63,344 nucleotides of DNA, filler included, from Squatina squatina (GCA_031763465.1; 4 parts of 4 records of this genome joined end to end with filler, not necessarily neighbours in it), one strand, 5' to 3'. Positions 25,971 to 40,249 are shown, numbered from the whole stretch's first letter. Numbers and translations are program-made. Notes: generated by a model not told the origin, from the letters alone.

Positions 25971-27813
25971 TATCCCTCTAATACAAAGCAGCAATGAATG
26001 GGCAACAGTATAAATTGGGTGAAGATTATGGTGGGATCCTACTTTCATTACTTTCCCTCTGTACTAACATCATGCAATTAACTTCGGCTAAAGAATCCAG
26101 GATTGCCTGATCTTTGTCTTCTTAATATTGTGTGCTCGGTGTCTTTTTCTGCTGACCTGATGTTGTTTAGTTTTTGTCTTTAAATTGGCATTAGATAATC
26201 CAAATACTTTGAAGTACAATGTATTCATAGGCACATGTGGCACTTTTTTCATCTGAGACTTTTTTTCATGATCCTTCCAGTGTACTGAAGAGGGAAGTAT
26301 AGAAAATGTGTACAACTCGACAGAAAGAAGCTGACAACATATAGAGATGTTCCAGCTATATGCCTTATTCCAGTCTAATCTATTATCACTTATACTGATG
26401 GCGTGTTATTTTCCAGAGTTAAATGCAGAAAATGTGTCAACCACGTAAGCTGCTATAAAGTAACATTAAGAGGTTGACTGAAATGGGCTTGACAGTTTGA
26501 AAAACATCTCAGGTTATTGTTTCCAGTATGGAATTATTTACAGAGGCTAACAGAAGATTGAAATATGAATGCTTCACTTAAGCTCACTCAGAAGATAGCA
26601 AAGTGCACAATATATATTTTGACAAAAAATAATTTAGCTTTATATCCCTTCAGTAGTACTCTCCAACTGGTGCTACTGTTTATTCTATGTGGTTTATAGC
26701 CATGAATTTAACATTTTATTGCTATATTCAAACATCTTGAAGCAGAATAGATGTCCATTTCCACTGCCTTGCAATGACATTAAGTGAGATTTGTGATTAC
26801 AAATAAGAAATGTATCCTCTTCCCTCACAGTTTATGAACAGTCATTGGAGAAGCCACAAAGGTTTCACATGAGTTTTGTGCATTTGAAGTGCTGTCAATT
26901 GAAATATTCTGCACGACACATAAATCATATATATTAAAATGCCAGACCCCATATCCTGCCAGCGAGCTCGTTTTGTTTAGTGTGTGCGTAATTAAAGAAC
27001 ATTGCACTTTTTTTATCCATTCGAAGTAAATGATGCACCCTTCCCATAAGTAGTTTTTCTCACCCTGTCTGCATTACAATTAGGTTGTACATTGTGTTGA
27101 TAAATCCAGGGATAGCTCTGCTGACAGGTGCATGGTATTGAAATACTCTGAATAATGGAATAAATGTTCAGTAACAGAGCAAAAGCTGATGGTTCTCGCA
27201 TTTGATTAATGTAGTCCAGTGAACTCTCCCTCCTCAATCACTCTATTTTCAAACTATACAAGATATGAGATTCCATGTGCGAGGCAAACCTTTCTTAGGA
27301 TTGTATCTTTGGGATGAAATTAAACGCAGCAGTTCTGTAACTCAGAGCTTAGTGGCCAATATATTGGATTTCCTGTTGTGCACAGGATCGATTCCAGAGG
27401 GAGAGAAAAAAATAACAAGTGGCTGTGTGTATGTTATAGTTTTAAACATCCAATAAGTCATTTTGCATTTCTGATTATATACGTTTAGGGTGACAGCATG
27501 CTTGCTGATCAAGATTTGCCATTGAAACTTGCACTTCTCAATTAGCTGAGCTTGCAACAACTTTACAATAGGTTTTGATGTGCAGACTCACATCAGAGGA
27601 TTGCAAGGTGTGGAAATATTATGATTTGTTTTTATTACAGGGCATACATTATCATTTCCCTCACAAACAACGCGCACAAAGCGGCACATATATTTGGTGT
27701 CTATCACCTGGCCAGCCACAGAAAGTCCAAACCAAAACATTTACAACAAACGTCAACCGCCTTAGGTGGGAAAGAGGTAGGACATGGGTTACAAAATACC
27801 TGCTCGTACTCAC

Positions 27814-27962
27814 TTCCAATGTCAGGTCGGAGTTTCTTGTCATATTCCTTCAGCAAATGGTTTAAAATCTTGGTCGTATCTCTATCCTGCAATTTTGGAG
27901 CCAGCACCCACTTCTGGTTGACTGTGAGGTCTTCGTACTCATCCTCCTCAATTTTTCTCGAA
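27814..27962 (-). CDS. GABRG3: GABA-A receptor gamma-3 subunit exon 2 (149 bp)
   Basis: cttacAG acceptor, [49 protein letters not shown], donor GTGAGT. Resembles GABRG3 [23 protein letters not shown]. Confidence 0.95.
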
Positions 27963-30532
27963 CTGTAAGGTGAGAAGATTATATTTCTGTTATTGCCTGC
28001 AGTCTCGGTGCTGGTGTGAATATTGGTGGCAGTCACCNNNNNNNNNNNNNNNNNNNNNNNNNNNNNNNNNNNNNNNNNNNNNNNNNNNNNNNNNNNNNNN
28101 NNNNNNNNNNNNNNNNNNNNNNNNNNNNNNNNNNNNNGTTTTAAACAATGCTTCCTCATCAAGACACTTAAAGTTGATAGTTTTAATGAAAGTGTTTGTC
28201 AAATCCTTAGTACTGAACAGATATTTTTGGCCAAAATTTCTCAGAATGTAATCCTAGCACAACCACTGGAATTACACCTGCTGGAATCCACCAGCATGGC
28301 ACCACTGAGTTTGCAGGGTCAACAGGAGGGCACTTATTTAGCATGTGGATGCTAGCACTATTCCGGTACATCTCTACCACTGGCCTGCCCCAGGCACTCG
28401 GTATCATTGGTCTCCACTTGCCAATATGGGAGTGAGTGTTCAGGCCCAACTCCTGCCAGATCCTCCTTAATAATAGGGGTTGATCTTTCCTAAGATCTCC
28501 TCTCTTTNNNNNNNNNNCTGCTTGCCTGGCCTGGACCCCACTGGTGGAGGCCAGTATGCCTCACCTCCCTCAGTGTACCGGCCTGCACTGATATGTTGAC
28601 TCCCAGTCTACCCTGAGGAGGAAAAACTGTGTGCATAGGGAGTCCCCACCCGTTTACCATTATTTCCTTTTTATAGGGAAAACGGAGGTCTTGACTGGGT
28701 CTCTGCCATTTACTAGAGTGGTCACCCAGTTGCCATCTAGGATTATGGTGGGAGACCAGGGGGACCCAACAGGAATTACAGGGCCTTTGCGTTCGCCCAT
28801 ATAAAGAACAAGATTATATTACAGCCTGTCATTTCCTCACACGTGATGGCTTAATTTGAAGAATGACTATCCTTTTGGCTGTTCTCTCTAGGCACAAAGG
28901 TAGTATCTCTTCAAATTATGTAAGAAATGGCTCAACTGAGTTGATCCTGTATTTTCTACCTTGGGGAATGTACAATCACATTTCCCCCAATCCACCAGAT
29001 TCAAAATAGTTCCCCTGTTATGGTACCAATAGTAAATCTTGCTAATATTTTTCAGTCGGTGTGTTATTGGTATAATTCCATCACCAGCATTGCCATGTTA
29101 AGAAATATACTCCTTTAACTGAGCTTTGGCCATACTATCATAATTGCTTTTTAGGTTTCCCATTCAGAACGATGCTTTCAAAAACAGTGTTAAGTAAAGT
29201 CATTCTATTTAGGTGTTGGTTGACAAAAGATGAAGGACGAGAAAAGATTAATTCATCTAGTGTTCCAACTCACCCAGCCTAGCATCCAACTGCATGTGAA
29301 TGTCTCAAATACCTTTTGACTCTATTATCTTATCTGAAAGATAATTCTAAACAAAAACAGCCTGAGGGAAAGGAAGGGGGAGGGGGGAAGCATTTGTAAA
29401 TAAATTGACACAGATGCCATCGCGTGCAATGATCAGTATTTTTTTTTACTTGTTTTCGTTGCACAAGATGTACTTATTTTCCGGAATCCTTGCAATTTAA
29501 GAGTGCATTTCTGTGGCCAGCTCTCCTAACAAACCGAAACAGCACGCATGTCCACATATCACACCGCTATCGACGCATTATTGCCGGACCCAGAACAAGA
29601 GAGGGAATAAAAGGTAATTGAGCGCAAATCAGCAACGCACCAAATGCCAAGCCAAGCTTATTTCCATCATTCACTTTATCAACAGAAAATGCCAGATCTG
29701 ACAGTATTGTAATACAATAAGCGCGGTTTATTTACTGCTGTGATAGACTCAATGTTGGCACAGGGGTGTATGCGCGCCTGTTCCCGCCGTATGGCCTCAG
29801 AAAGATTAATTTCCATCATTTCTCAAGTTATTATTAAATAATGATGATTATTACATGCTCAGTTAAACCTACTCCTGTCACCTCAGGGTTCTCACCATGG
29901 TACATAATTTTGTGTCATCTCTGATGGAAGATTTGCAGATTCAAAACTGCCCGTTGCATTTCGCAGAGTTACTGGGAGATGTTGAATTCTGATCTCCAGC
30001 GCTTAACTCTCGGTCGCTTTGATAAAAGACCACGCAATGCAAATCATTTTGTGGACCCTGCGAGCTCGCTTCTCTTTGAAGTATTTGAAACACTCAGTCC
30101 GAAGCCATCGGCTGTGTGCGTGGTTGGCCAGCCCGTTGCTTTAACTCGCTGCCCCCTTCTCATGCCTTTCACCGTCTAGCAGCGAACTCGCACCCAGTGC
30201 CAGCTCCCAATCTCGCCCTTCGCCCCCACTCCACCCCGAAAGCAAGGGAGGGCTGAAGCTCCGGGACCCAGTCTGAACACCTGTACAAAGACATCATAAA
30301 TTCAACTGCGACATCAGAGATAATGCTGGTGGTGGTGGGGGTGGGTTTGAAGCCAGATATCTAATAAGCCCACCGTTTACCATCAGCGTGCCCCAGCCGA
30401 TGCATTTCACAACTTTTGCATAAAAGGAAAGCATCCTGTATCTCAGTAGACCGAGCATGCAAGACAAACACAAAGAACCCACAACCATAAAGACAGGACT
30501 GTTCCCTTTAAAAAATATTAATACTTGCTTAC

Positions 30533-30585
30533 CACGCTTGGAAGACTGAAAGGAGTAAGAGAGCTGCCAGCAGTTTGGTTGGCAT
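30533..30585 (-). CDS. GABRG3: GABA-A receptor gamma-3 subunit exon 1 (signal peptide, 53 coding bp)
   Basis: MPTKLLAALLLLSVFQA plus TG/GTAAGC donor. Resembles human MAPKLLLLLCLFSGLYA; phase 2 fits exon 2. Confidence 0.9.
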
Positions 30586-31110
30586 AGCTGAGAGAGACGC
30601 GAAGGGGAAAACGAGCCGTCGGATTGCCGGAAAGTACACCAGTCGATATTGGAGAGAAAGAGATGGAGAGTTTCTTGCCTTCCCCGTGCAACCAGCAGCA
30701 GCCTCCCAGTATCTGTCACTTCGNNNNNNNNNNNNCACGGCACATCTGAGAGAGACAGAGCGATCCTTGCAGAGGCAGCCATAAATCACACATGCACCTC
30801 TTGACAGGTGTGAGCGTTTGGACAGCTCCAGCCTTTCCACCCAGCACCAAGTGTCTGACAGAGTGGAATGGCCCCTCCTAGGTCCAGAGCCCCGCTCTAG
30901 ACGTTCTCCACTTCATTCGGTTTTTTTGCATTGGGAGAGAAAGTGGCGGAGGAACGTTCTCCAAGTGGCTCCAATTCTCACTTTGCCCATTACTCCAACC
31001 GATGGCAGTCCCATTGGGTTAAGTGACGTCAGCTTTCACCGCAGGATTGTGCGGTTAGTTTGAGGAACCTTGCATTCTCCTGAAACGAGTATGAACGAGG
31101 TATCGACCTA
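30586..31110 (-). promoter_or_regulatory. GABRG3 5' UTR / proximal promoter
   Basis: CpG-enriched, repeat-free sequence directly upstream of the GABRG3 ATG; CpG enrichment continues into intron 1 (about 29400-30300). Confidence 0.55.
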
Positions 31111-31134
31111 TCTTTGACTATTTAACGGCGTCGA

Positions 31135-31401
31135 TGCGTGTAGATGTGAGTGTGACGGTGTAACTGTGCATGCGTGCTTGTGTGCCTGTGTGCATCTGAG
31201 TGTCTGTGTGACAGTGCATATGTGAGAGTGTGCATGTGTGACTGTACATGTGTGACAGTGTGCATGTGTGCATGTGTGACAGTGTGCATGTGTGGCAGGG
31301 TGAATGTGTGCCTGTGTGACTGTGTGGCAGGGTGAATGTGTGCCTGTGTGACTGTACATGTGTGACAGTGTGCATGTGTGCATGTGTGACAGTGTACATG
31401 T
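31135..31401. repeat. TG-rich minisatellite (gtgtgacagtgtgcat)
   Basis: Tandem degenerate units running into a gap. Confidence 0.9.
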
Positions 31402-32876
31402 NNNNNNNNNNNNNNNNNNNNNNNNNNNNNNNNNNNNNNNNNNNNNNNNNNNNNNNNNNNNNNNNNNNNNNNNNNNNNNNNNNNNNNNNNNNNNNNNNNN
31501 NATTATTTTTCACTGCAACCAACCTGTCCCCCAGTAGACTATCAATCCCAAATTAGCCTACCTGTGATTTTGTCCAGTATGCACTGGCTGAGCTTGAGTT
31601 CCCCTTCCTTGGCTGCCTGTGCTTTAATCATTTATGCTCTTTTACCAAATATCCAGACTTTTAATCCAGGGTTTCAACTCCTTCATCCATCTCAGGGTTT
31701 CCAAGCAAAAGTCGCCATGACAGTTCCTGCTCCATAGGCCTTACTTAATCCTCCTTCAGAGCAGGCACCAAAATCCATAACAAAAAGCCTTAAATCCTTT
31801 AATACTAAAACATGTTTTCAATGGTTGATGTATAGACCAGTAATTGAAGATCACATAATCCAATTGTGTTGTCCTCTGCAGCACACAGCATGTTCTGCAT
31901 CTGGCACACTGTAACTCTCCTGGTTATTTGGCATGGACTTCTCCACAGGTATGGAATTAATTGCCTCAATTTATTTGAACAGGAAGTAGATGATATGACT
32001 GCACATGATTGCTTCTCATAAGCATCCTTATGAGCTGGGGAACTGCGCCATTGCCAGCCTTCAGAGTGTAATGCCAAGAGTAGCTGCACCATAAATGGTT
32101 AGTGGCCCCATTGGTGACATTTGTATGAGTTTTACTATCTGAGGTCACTTCAAGGGTCGGTGTATAATAATTATGACAATTCTCACCTGTCTACAGTGCA
32201 CAAAACCGTTGGACTGTATGGAAGAGCTTTGTATTTGCCTTTAGTTAGCATCAAAATTGCGTGATGATGAGAATCCCTACTCGGTGGTCGGAAACATTTG
32301 TATCAAATTAATCCAAACAAGGTAAGAGCTTATTCCTCAATTGTGAAAGGGACAAGACGTAAAATATTGTACATCAAATAAGATCCTGCATGCTGTCTTG
32401 GTATGGCTATCTTCCTCCTCATTTAACAGCAGCTGAATGCAAAAACCACATCCTTCATGTTATTGTTCCCAATTGCTTTCAATAAGCCTTGGCAGAATTA
32501 CAGCAAGAAAATCTGTCCCTCTCATTGTTGTCTTTTTGCTGTTCTTAATTGAACAACATGGGCAATGATTTTCTTTGTGCCATAAAGTCTAACAAAATTG
32601 AAACCCTGTTTCACTACAAAGGAAACCTGCCCCCGTGTTTTTTTTAAAATTTCCGACGGCTGAATATTTGTTCATTCAAATAACCTGGACATGCCTTATG
32701 TAGTTTAATCTTACCTTAATTCTTTCTCATTGATGCTGTGAATTTTGAGCATTTTCTTCTTCCCCTTTTCAGTGGTNNNNNNNNNNNNNNNNNNNNNNNN
32801 NNNNNNNNNNNNNNNNNNNNNNNNNNNNNNNNNNNNNNNNNNNNNNNNNNNNNNNNNNNNNNNNNNNNNNNNNNNN

Positions 32877-33175
32877 AGCAGCAATGTGATAATGACCAGA
32901 CAATCTGTTTTTGTGATGCTGGTGGAGAGATAAATATTGGCCAGGACACCAGGGAGAACTCTCCTGGTCTTGTGAACAGCACCATGGTATCTTTAATGTC
33001 CACTGTGGTAGGGGCAACTGGGACCAAGGTTTAATATCTCATCCGAAAGATGGCACCTCCAACAGTGCAGCACTGGAGTGTCAGCCTAGTTTTTTGTGCT
33101 CAATTTGCTCCAATGGGCTGTGAACCCACAACCTTCTGAGTCAGAGGTGAGCATGCTACCCGCTAAGCCAGGGCT
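32877..33175 (-). mobile_element. Deu-domain SINE, core plus tRNA head
   Basis: gataaatattggccaggacacc core; B-box-like tgaacccacaaccttctgagtcagagg head. Confidence 0.75.
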
Positions 33176-34646
33176 GATTTAGGCCTCACTCTCTGGGATT
33201 CCCTCCTTAAAGCCTTCCATCTCTCTACCGCTCTTTCCTCCTTTAAGACCCTCCTTGAAACCCACCTCTTCTACTAAGCCTTTGATTACAAAAATATCTT
33301 TAGCTCAGTGCCCCTTTTTGTTTGATCACACCTCTGTGAAGGGCATTGGGACTTTTTTTGACATTAAAGACGCTCTATAAATATATGCTGCTATTTCTAA
33401 ATTTCTGTTTTTCTTCCTCTCCTAAGCATATGACGGAGTTCTTTGTGAATACATGGATGCAACCCATCATTCATAAATTCCAATCAGACAGGTGCAATTC
33501 CTTTTCACTCCAGAATCTCTGAGGCTCCTCGTTGGAATTTTGCCGTCTTTCCTATTTTCTCGGCGCCCTGATTCTTTTTGAAAACAATCTTGTTGGAAGC
33601 CAGCCTTGTGGCTGACCCCATGTCTAAATACAGTGACCCCAAAAGTCGTCTGGCCATGATCGCACCCACTAGTCCTCTCCAGTGCAGGATTTTCGGGGTC
33701 AGTGGGAGGGGATGTTTGCATGGGACCAGTGAGTTCCCATGTTACTGCAGCTGTATTTCTGACGCCTGCTTGCTCCATGCTGCTAGAAAATACACCATCT
33801 GACTTCCACCAGGGGGCCTATGGGGTGTTCAGGCTCATTCTGGCTCCCCCAGGAAACACGATGGAGTTCTCCCCTTGGCCCCCGATGTAAGAAGGCTTAT
33901 TCAGAATTTTTTTTTTTAAATAGGAGAAGTTAGTTCCTTATCTTTGGACCCAACTCAGTGGAGTCCACCTGCATCCTTCCGGAGGCTGGTATCACTCAAG
34001 ATATACAGACCGTCAGTTTTATACTGGGTCCCTTGTGAGTCAGAGAATTGGAGTTGGAGTTATGGCAGGGACCTGCAGATTTCGCAAGGAAATCGAGGGC
34101 CAATCCATCTTCGTACAGTTATTTGTCACCACAATAACAAAAATACTTTATTGGACTTTCACTAAATTTGTAATTTCCCTCAACAGATTCTTGGCTCCTG
34201 TCAGAAGCATTAAAGGGGATTATTTCTGCTGTTTGTAATTTATAGCTAAATTCTAAACATGTGTATGAAAAGCACATTTGAAATATCTGCCCACAGCTCC
34301 CCACCAGAAATTACCAGCACCTTTTTACAGGGTGTGATCCTCGCGGAACTGGGGAACATTTTTTAGCACCCACCACAGCTGTTACACCAGAGATGCACCC
34401 ATGACCAGAGATTATTTTTAGGGCCTGGATGTCTACTAGACTGACAGGCAGCAGGTGCTGCAAGATATGCAAATATATATTTTTAAATGCAACATTTTTT
34501 CTTCTTCCATTTTCCGACAGAAGCCACTGCATGGAAGTTAGGAGCAGGAATATGTCTTATTTCTCCCCCTTCCAAACTCAGAAATAATTAAATCATTTGG
34601 ACCAAAATAAATCTCAGAATCACACAGTGTCAGTTATTTACAGTAC

Positions 34647-34652
34647 TTTATT
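34647..34652 (-). terminator. Candidate polyadenylation signal of GABRA5
   Basis: AATAAA on the minus strand about 290 nt downstream of the stop, in AT-rich 3' UTR-like sequence. Confidence 0.45.
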
Positions 34653-34939
34653 TTCAACCTGCATACACAAAAGTCAGACTTCAATATTATTGTTCTTTAA
34701 TTGCAGCATTCTCAAAGAAATTGTTGTGCCCTGTTCTGCTTGCAGTTAAATATAGAAATTGTCAAAGCAAATCTGACATCATCTGCTTATGACATGCAAA
34801 AACTATGAAAAAAGGTCTGAAATATTTTGAAGAAACGTACAGTATAAAAGTATCAGGCGCTTAAAACCTTCCCTGCTTACATTGGTGTCTAAGAATATGG
34901 TCAACATACGGAGCACTGTACAGTGAATTTCTTGGATGG

Positions 34940-35137
34940 TTAATTTGGAGTAATGGCTTCTTTTATAACCGGCTCTCTGTTCAGATACGTTGCCCAGTAA
35001 ACTAAATTAAAGATTCCAAAAAGAACAGGAAACACAACCCTCGCCATTTTGTCAATTTTGCTGACGCTGTTGTAAGTCTTTTTACTTTCAGCAGCCTTTT
35101 CCTCTGCCCGCATTTGCACAGTCGTACTCTTTGAAAT
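34940..35137 (-). CDS. GABRA5: GABA-A receptor alpha-5 subunit last coding exon (TM4 and C-terminus), 5' part in gap
   Basis: [65 protein letters not shown], with TAA at 34940-34942. Lies tandemly upstream of GABRG3 as in the vertebrate beta3-alpha5-gamma3 cluster. Not in the supplied ORF frame. Confidence 0.93.
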   Translation of the reverse strand: MSKSTTVQMRAEEKAAESKKTYNSVSKIDKMARVVFPVLFGIFNLVYWATYLNREPVIKEAITPN

Positions 35138-35835
35138 NNNNNNNNNNNNNNNNNNNNNNNNNNNNNNNNNNNNNNNNNNNNNNNNNNNNNNNNNNNNNNN
35201 NNNNNNNNNNNNNNNNNNNNNNNNNNNNNNNNNNNNNAACAGACATTGCTGCGATTCAAAGCTGTTGGCCGTCTTCCATCAAAAATAATTGAGTTACGGT
35301 GTTTCACAACCCTGCATTATTGAAAAGTCTGCCTCTTCAAAAACAAATTTAATAAATTAAGAGTTAAAGCTTTGAAACAGCTTTAGAACTTAATCAAAAT
35401 TAAACTATTTCTATTTATCCATTTCACATAAACATCTTTGCAATTACCACAAACCTTTTTAATAACCTCATTCTTCATTATAACAGTTATAATTAAAGGA
35501 AAAAAGCATCTTAATTGCTGTTTAAGCAAAGCAATGGTAATGTAACACTTAAATCCACTAATTAGCCATGTTCACTGCTGCGCCTCGATGTTTAACATTT
35601 AGCACCAAACTATGAAAAGCTCACGTTTAGATTCCGTTCTTTAACATTTAACACATAAAGCTTCAGTTTATTCATGCCAGTATAGTTCTGTTTGCGATGA
35701 TGCAAGAATCTGTCAGTTAAATACTGACACTTCTTGTATTGCAGACTTCAGCTGCTGTCTCCAGCATAGATATCGCCATATATGCTGTGTCNNNNNNNNN
35801 NNNNNNNNNNNNNNNNNNNNNNNNNNNNNNNNNNN

Positions 35836-35847
35836 TTAATTAATTAA
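35836..35847. other. Artificial scaffold spacer TTAATTAATTAA
   Basis: Identical 12-mer inside an N block. Confidence 0.95.
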
Positions 35848-37069
35848 NNNNNNNNNNNNNNNNNNNNNNNNNNNNNNNNNNNNNNNNNNNNCAATCACTA
35901 CCCAGCCATCTGTGCTAGGAATGCGTGTATGGGGAAGTCAGGAGAGGTCAGGATTGGGCTTAGCAAATGAATAGGCTGCCAACACACACTGTCAAGGCTG
36001 CCACTTGAGTAATGGTCACTTGTAGAGAGGTGATGGAGGGTACTTGGTGACTGTGGACTTGTACCCCTAGCAAGGAGCCAATACCTCCAGGAGAAGAGAG
36101 AAGGGGAAAATTAGAATGGTAAACAAATTAAAAATGATGGGCAGTGACCCTTTAAGTGAGTTGATTCCACTATTGTTTACAGATGTGTTCATGACTTCCT
36201 TTACGCTCATATACTCAAAAGAATTGAAGGATATATAAAAATATTGATCCAGACATAATCCTGATCCCAGGACATTTCCATAAAAACTGATATCTTTCTC
36301 AGGATTTGAGTACATTACAGTTTGGTTTGACCTAGATCAGTATGTTTTTGGGAAGGGGGTGGAATAGATCTTGTCTGAGTTAGTTGAGCCATCATATTAC
36401 ATTATCACGGAGACGTGAAGCCTTTTGGAATGGCAGCAGCCAAGTCCTGAAATCTCTTGAAGTCGTTCTGAAAGGAATAATATTCTTTGTAAGACCACAG
36501 TCCTCGGTAAAGTGTGAAAGTCAACACATCAGGGATGTTAAAATGGCAAGGAAATGAGAGAACGAGAGTGAAATTCTGTCCACCCTGGGGCCTTTCAAGA
36601 TTCGTATGGCCTGATTCAAAATGGTATTAACAAAACTAGGTGGGGGGAATGGTGGTGAACTGAGAAAGGGATAAACAGAGAGGGGGGAGGGAGAGGAAGA
36701 TTAAAATAAAGTCAGTGTTGATAGATTCCAGAATAAATAAAATGAACGATTCAAATGATATTGTCACTGTAATATGAATATAGAAGGAATACTAGAAAGA
36801 TAGTGACAGCAAGAGAATGAGAATGGGTAACAGTGGGCAAGTGGAATTGTGAATTGCTTTAGGATGTCCTGAGGGCATGAAAGGCACTACATAAATGCGA
36901 ATCCTTTCTTTTAAGGGAAGAGGTAAAGAAAGAGTGTTCAGGCATACACACTGACATACTGAATCTATATCATTTTCTGAGTTCACACTCCCAATGAACG
37001 GCCCCACCCATTGACATTACATATTGAAATTCGACCTCTGCAGCTGATCTGTACAGTATTAAACATATC

Positions 37070-37620
37070 GGGCCTGAATTTGCGGTTGGAGGCTTCCTGA
37101 GGGCAGATGCCTCCGAACCGCAATAAAAGTACACACCTACCTGATGGTCCTAGATCCACGGGGACTCACTGAGACTCTATGTGTAGGCCTGCATAGAGGC
37201 CCACGTATCCCAGGTTCGCAAGCGCCCCTGGGATCACCTGGGCCAGATTTAATAGGAATCACCCCAAAAATACATTTTTTCAGCACTGAAATAAAAAAAA
37301 TCATTACATGTTTAAAATTAATTAAAATACAATTTAATTAAACATTTAAAACAAAAATTTTATTTTGAAAAATAAATTTAATGTTTTAAAGGGACTAAAA
37401 ATAACCGTAATGTATTTTACAGGTGTTTTAATGTTTAAATAATTGAAAAAAGTTATTTTTAGATTCATTTAAACTCTTATGCTGGTAAAAGCAGGCCTTA
37501 CACTTACTTTTACCAGGAATAAGAATTTCATGAGCACTTGCTAGGCAAATAGTCCAACTCTCCGCCTGCAGATATCCATTTATCCAGATTCTTGACAGAT
37601 CGCAAGTTCTGTGTTTTCAT
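37070..37620. mobile_element. GC-rich non-autonomous Harbinger-like element
   Basis: gggcctgaattt terminus. Similar GGG(C/G)nnAATT-ended, CpG-rich patches at about 2672-2807, 4060-4460, 5578-5848, 15826-15995, 28225-28790, 38395-38830, 48170-48420 and 53550-53780. Confidence 0.55.
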
Positions 37621-37624
37621 TCCT

Positions 37625-38070
37625 GGAATATAGGCATTGGTAGCAATGCCAGCATTTATTGCCCATTCCTAATTGCCCTAGAGAAGGTGCTGGTGAGCCG
37701 CCTTCTTGAACTACTGCAGTCCATGTGTTGAAGGTACTCCCACAGTGGTAGGGAGGGAGTTCCAGGATTTTGACCCAGCGACGATGAAGGAATGGCTATA
37801 TACCTACAAGTCAGGATGGTGTGTGACTTGGAGGGGAACTTGCAGATGATGGTGTTCCCATGTGCCTGCTGCCCTTGTCCCTCTAGGTGTTAGAGGTCGC
37901 GGGTTTGGGAGGTGCTGCCGAAGAAGCCTTGGTGAGTTGCTGTAGTGCATCTTGTAGATGGTACTCACTGCAGCCACAGTGCACCGGTGGTGGAGGGAGT
38001 GAATGTTTAAGGTCATGGAAGGGGTGCCGATCAAGCGGACTGCTTTGTCCTGGATGGTGTCGAGCTTCTT
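37625..38070 (-). mobile_element. LINE (CR1/L2 group) ORF2 3' end
   Basis: LNIHSLHHRCTVAAVSTIYKMH...RLLRQHLPNPRP C-terminal motif and 3' UTR ggcattggtagcaatgccagcatttattgccc. Confidence 0.75.
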
Positions 38071-39329
38071 NNNNNNNNNNNNNNNNNNNNNNNNNNNNNN
38101 NNNNNNNNNNNNNNNNNNNNNNNNNNNNNNNNNNNNNNNNNNNNNNNNNNNNNNNNNNNNNNNNNNNNNNCTCCTGCTCCTATTTCTTATGTTCTTATAT
38201 TATTTAACAGTTAGTCTCCTTGCATGCAAGTTTCTGAGGTTAAGTTAGAGTTACCGCCAAGGGTGTCGACTGCATGAGTGTAAATTCTTTAGTAAGGATT
38301 TGGGGTTCCAAATACTTTTCAGGATTTAGATGATGCAGATAAATTTGTGAAGGATCAACAATTGCTGGTGCAAAGTCTTCTGGGGGGCGGAGGAGAGAAT
38401 TTTCACTCCATCACACAGCAGAAAGTGGGTGGTGCGCTATACGACTTACCTCCTCCGATCCCACTGTCTTTCTGCAAGTCCCAATTATAACTTACTCTTT
38501 TTGCTGGTGAGAGGAAAACCCACCTGAAGGCAGCGGGATCCTTCCTTAAATATGCAGATCATGCTCCGATCACACCCTTGGGGTTCAATGGCAATATTAA
38601 TCAGAGATCTACATGGGGAAGCTCTCGTGGTACGAATTTGAGGTCTTCTTTCCAGCCATGTGACCGGTATGTGGTGTCCATTCTGTGCACAAAAACGCAC
38701 TTACAGCAATTTCTATCCCATTATTTTATCAGGCAAGTCACAGACTGCTCCATGACCATTGTCCATGTATTAGCGGCATCTGCCGGGTAGGCTGCATGTT
38801 TTTCCCTTGGTTTCTACCCCTGGGGTAAAATAATCACTCGCCTAAGGCTTTCGTAAGACAGTTTGTTTCAAAAACTGTGTTACTTTACCAAGGAAAAACA
38901 ATAACAAGACTGATATAGGAAGCTATTTCTTCAGTTAATTAAATAATATTCTTTCTTGTTTTTAATTTGTGCAACAAATCCAGACTGGAAGGAACTGTGC
39001 ACAGACAGAGAGCTTGTGAATTCTAGGCACCCAAAGTCAGCATTAAACACGCACAACTAGGCACCGTACTGTTTCATCAATCCGACTCAATTTCAACCTC
39101 AGTAGGACACATCCTGCTCCACCAGTGCAACATTTTAACTCACTCACACCAGCATCTGTGACCTCTCAGAGTGAGATTATCAACTTAGTGCCAAATTAAA
39201 GCTAGCTTTCAGATTTAGGCCCAAACCTAATGATTGAGACTGTCCAAACCCATTTTACACAGGATCCTTGCAGCCAATAATTGGAAGAAGCTTTCATCTC
39301 ATCTGTCTGAACAAGATTCAAAGCCAGAT

Positions 39330-39800
39330 AGCATGTTACAGCACAAAATCAGGCCATTCATTAAATCTACATCAGTCTTCTCCAATATGAGCTACCCAGT
39401 CTGACCCCACTCTCCTTTTCACTCCCCATACTCTTTATTATTACTCTTTTTCAACCTCCCAGCAACTCTATTTCCCTTCTACATGTACTTATGGAGTCTG
39501 CTTCAATTATGGTATGTGACATCAAATTCCACATTCTAACCGCCTTCCGTGTAAAGATTTTTATGAACCTCCCTCTTGTGTGATTATCTTAAATTTATGC
39601 CCCCTTGTTATCATCTTGTCAGCCAGTGTAAAAAATCTATCGTTATTCACCTATCATAATCTTGAAGCCGTCAATTAGGTCACTGCTTGACCTTGTCAGT
39701 CCTAATATCTCAAGTCTTTTCATAACTGTAACCTTTTATCATGGTAACATCGAGTGAATCTATGCTGTACCTTCATCATTGCTTTTATGTCCTTCCTATT
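39330..39800 (-). mobile_element. Old CR1 LINE 3' fragment
   Basis: Degenerate CR1 3' region (caaattccacattctaacc...cttaaatttatgccccc). Confidence 0.65.
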
Positions 39801-40249
39801 TGGAGAGGTTAAAGACCAATATGCACCTCATAGTTCCTCATCTATTTGGAACTGCTTTTAAGTGGAATGCTACTTCTCCTTATTATGTTGAAAAATTCCG
39901 TTAAATTTTCATCTGGCATATTCCTTATTCATTCCCAGTAGAATAAAACTTTGGAATAATTCATTGTTTGACTGCTGTTGATGTAACTGAAACATCTAGT
40001 AGTAAATTAAGAGACACTAGACTCCGCTCTATTTCCCTAGAGGTACCTGACTGTTGCATTTGTGCTGGGACCTAATTGTGTGGCACGCACAATATATTTC
40101 CAATTTCTTTTCTCCCTTACTCCACTTTTAAGGTATACACCGGGGCCAATTTTCCGAGTATGATCTGGTGTTAGGTCCTTCGCGTAGTGGTAGAGCTGAT
40201 CGGAAAATCATGGACTTGATGCTTGCAGTTTGCCAGCAGGTGAGGAACG

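Noticed and set aside
30820-30850. RE1-like half sites (GGACAGCTCC, CAGCACC) in the GABRG3 promoter
   Set aside because: The halves are in non-canonical order and spacing, so a REST site cannot be supported.
31108-31556. His/Thr/Cys-rich ORFs
   Set aside because: Translations of the TG-rich minisatellite.
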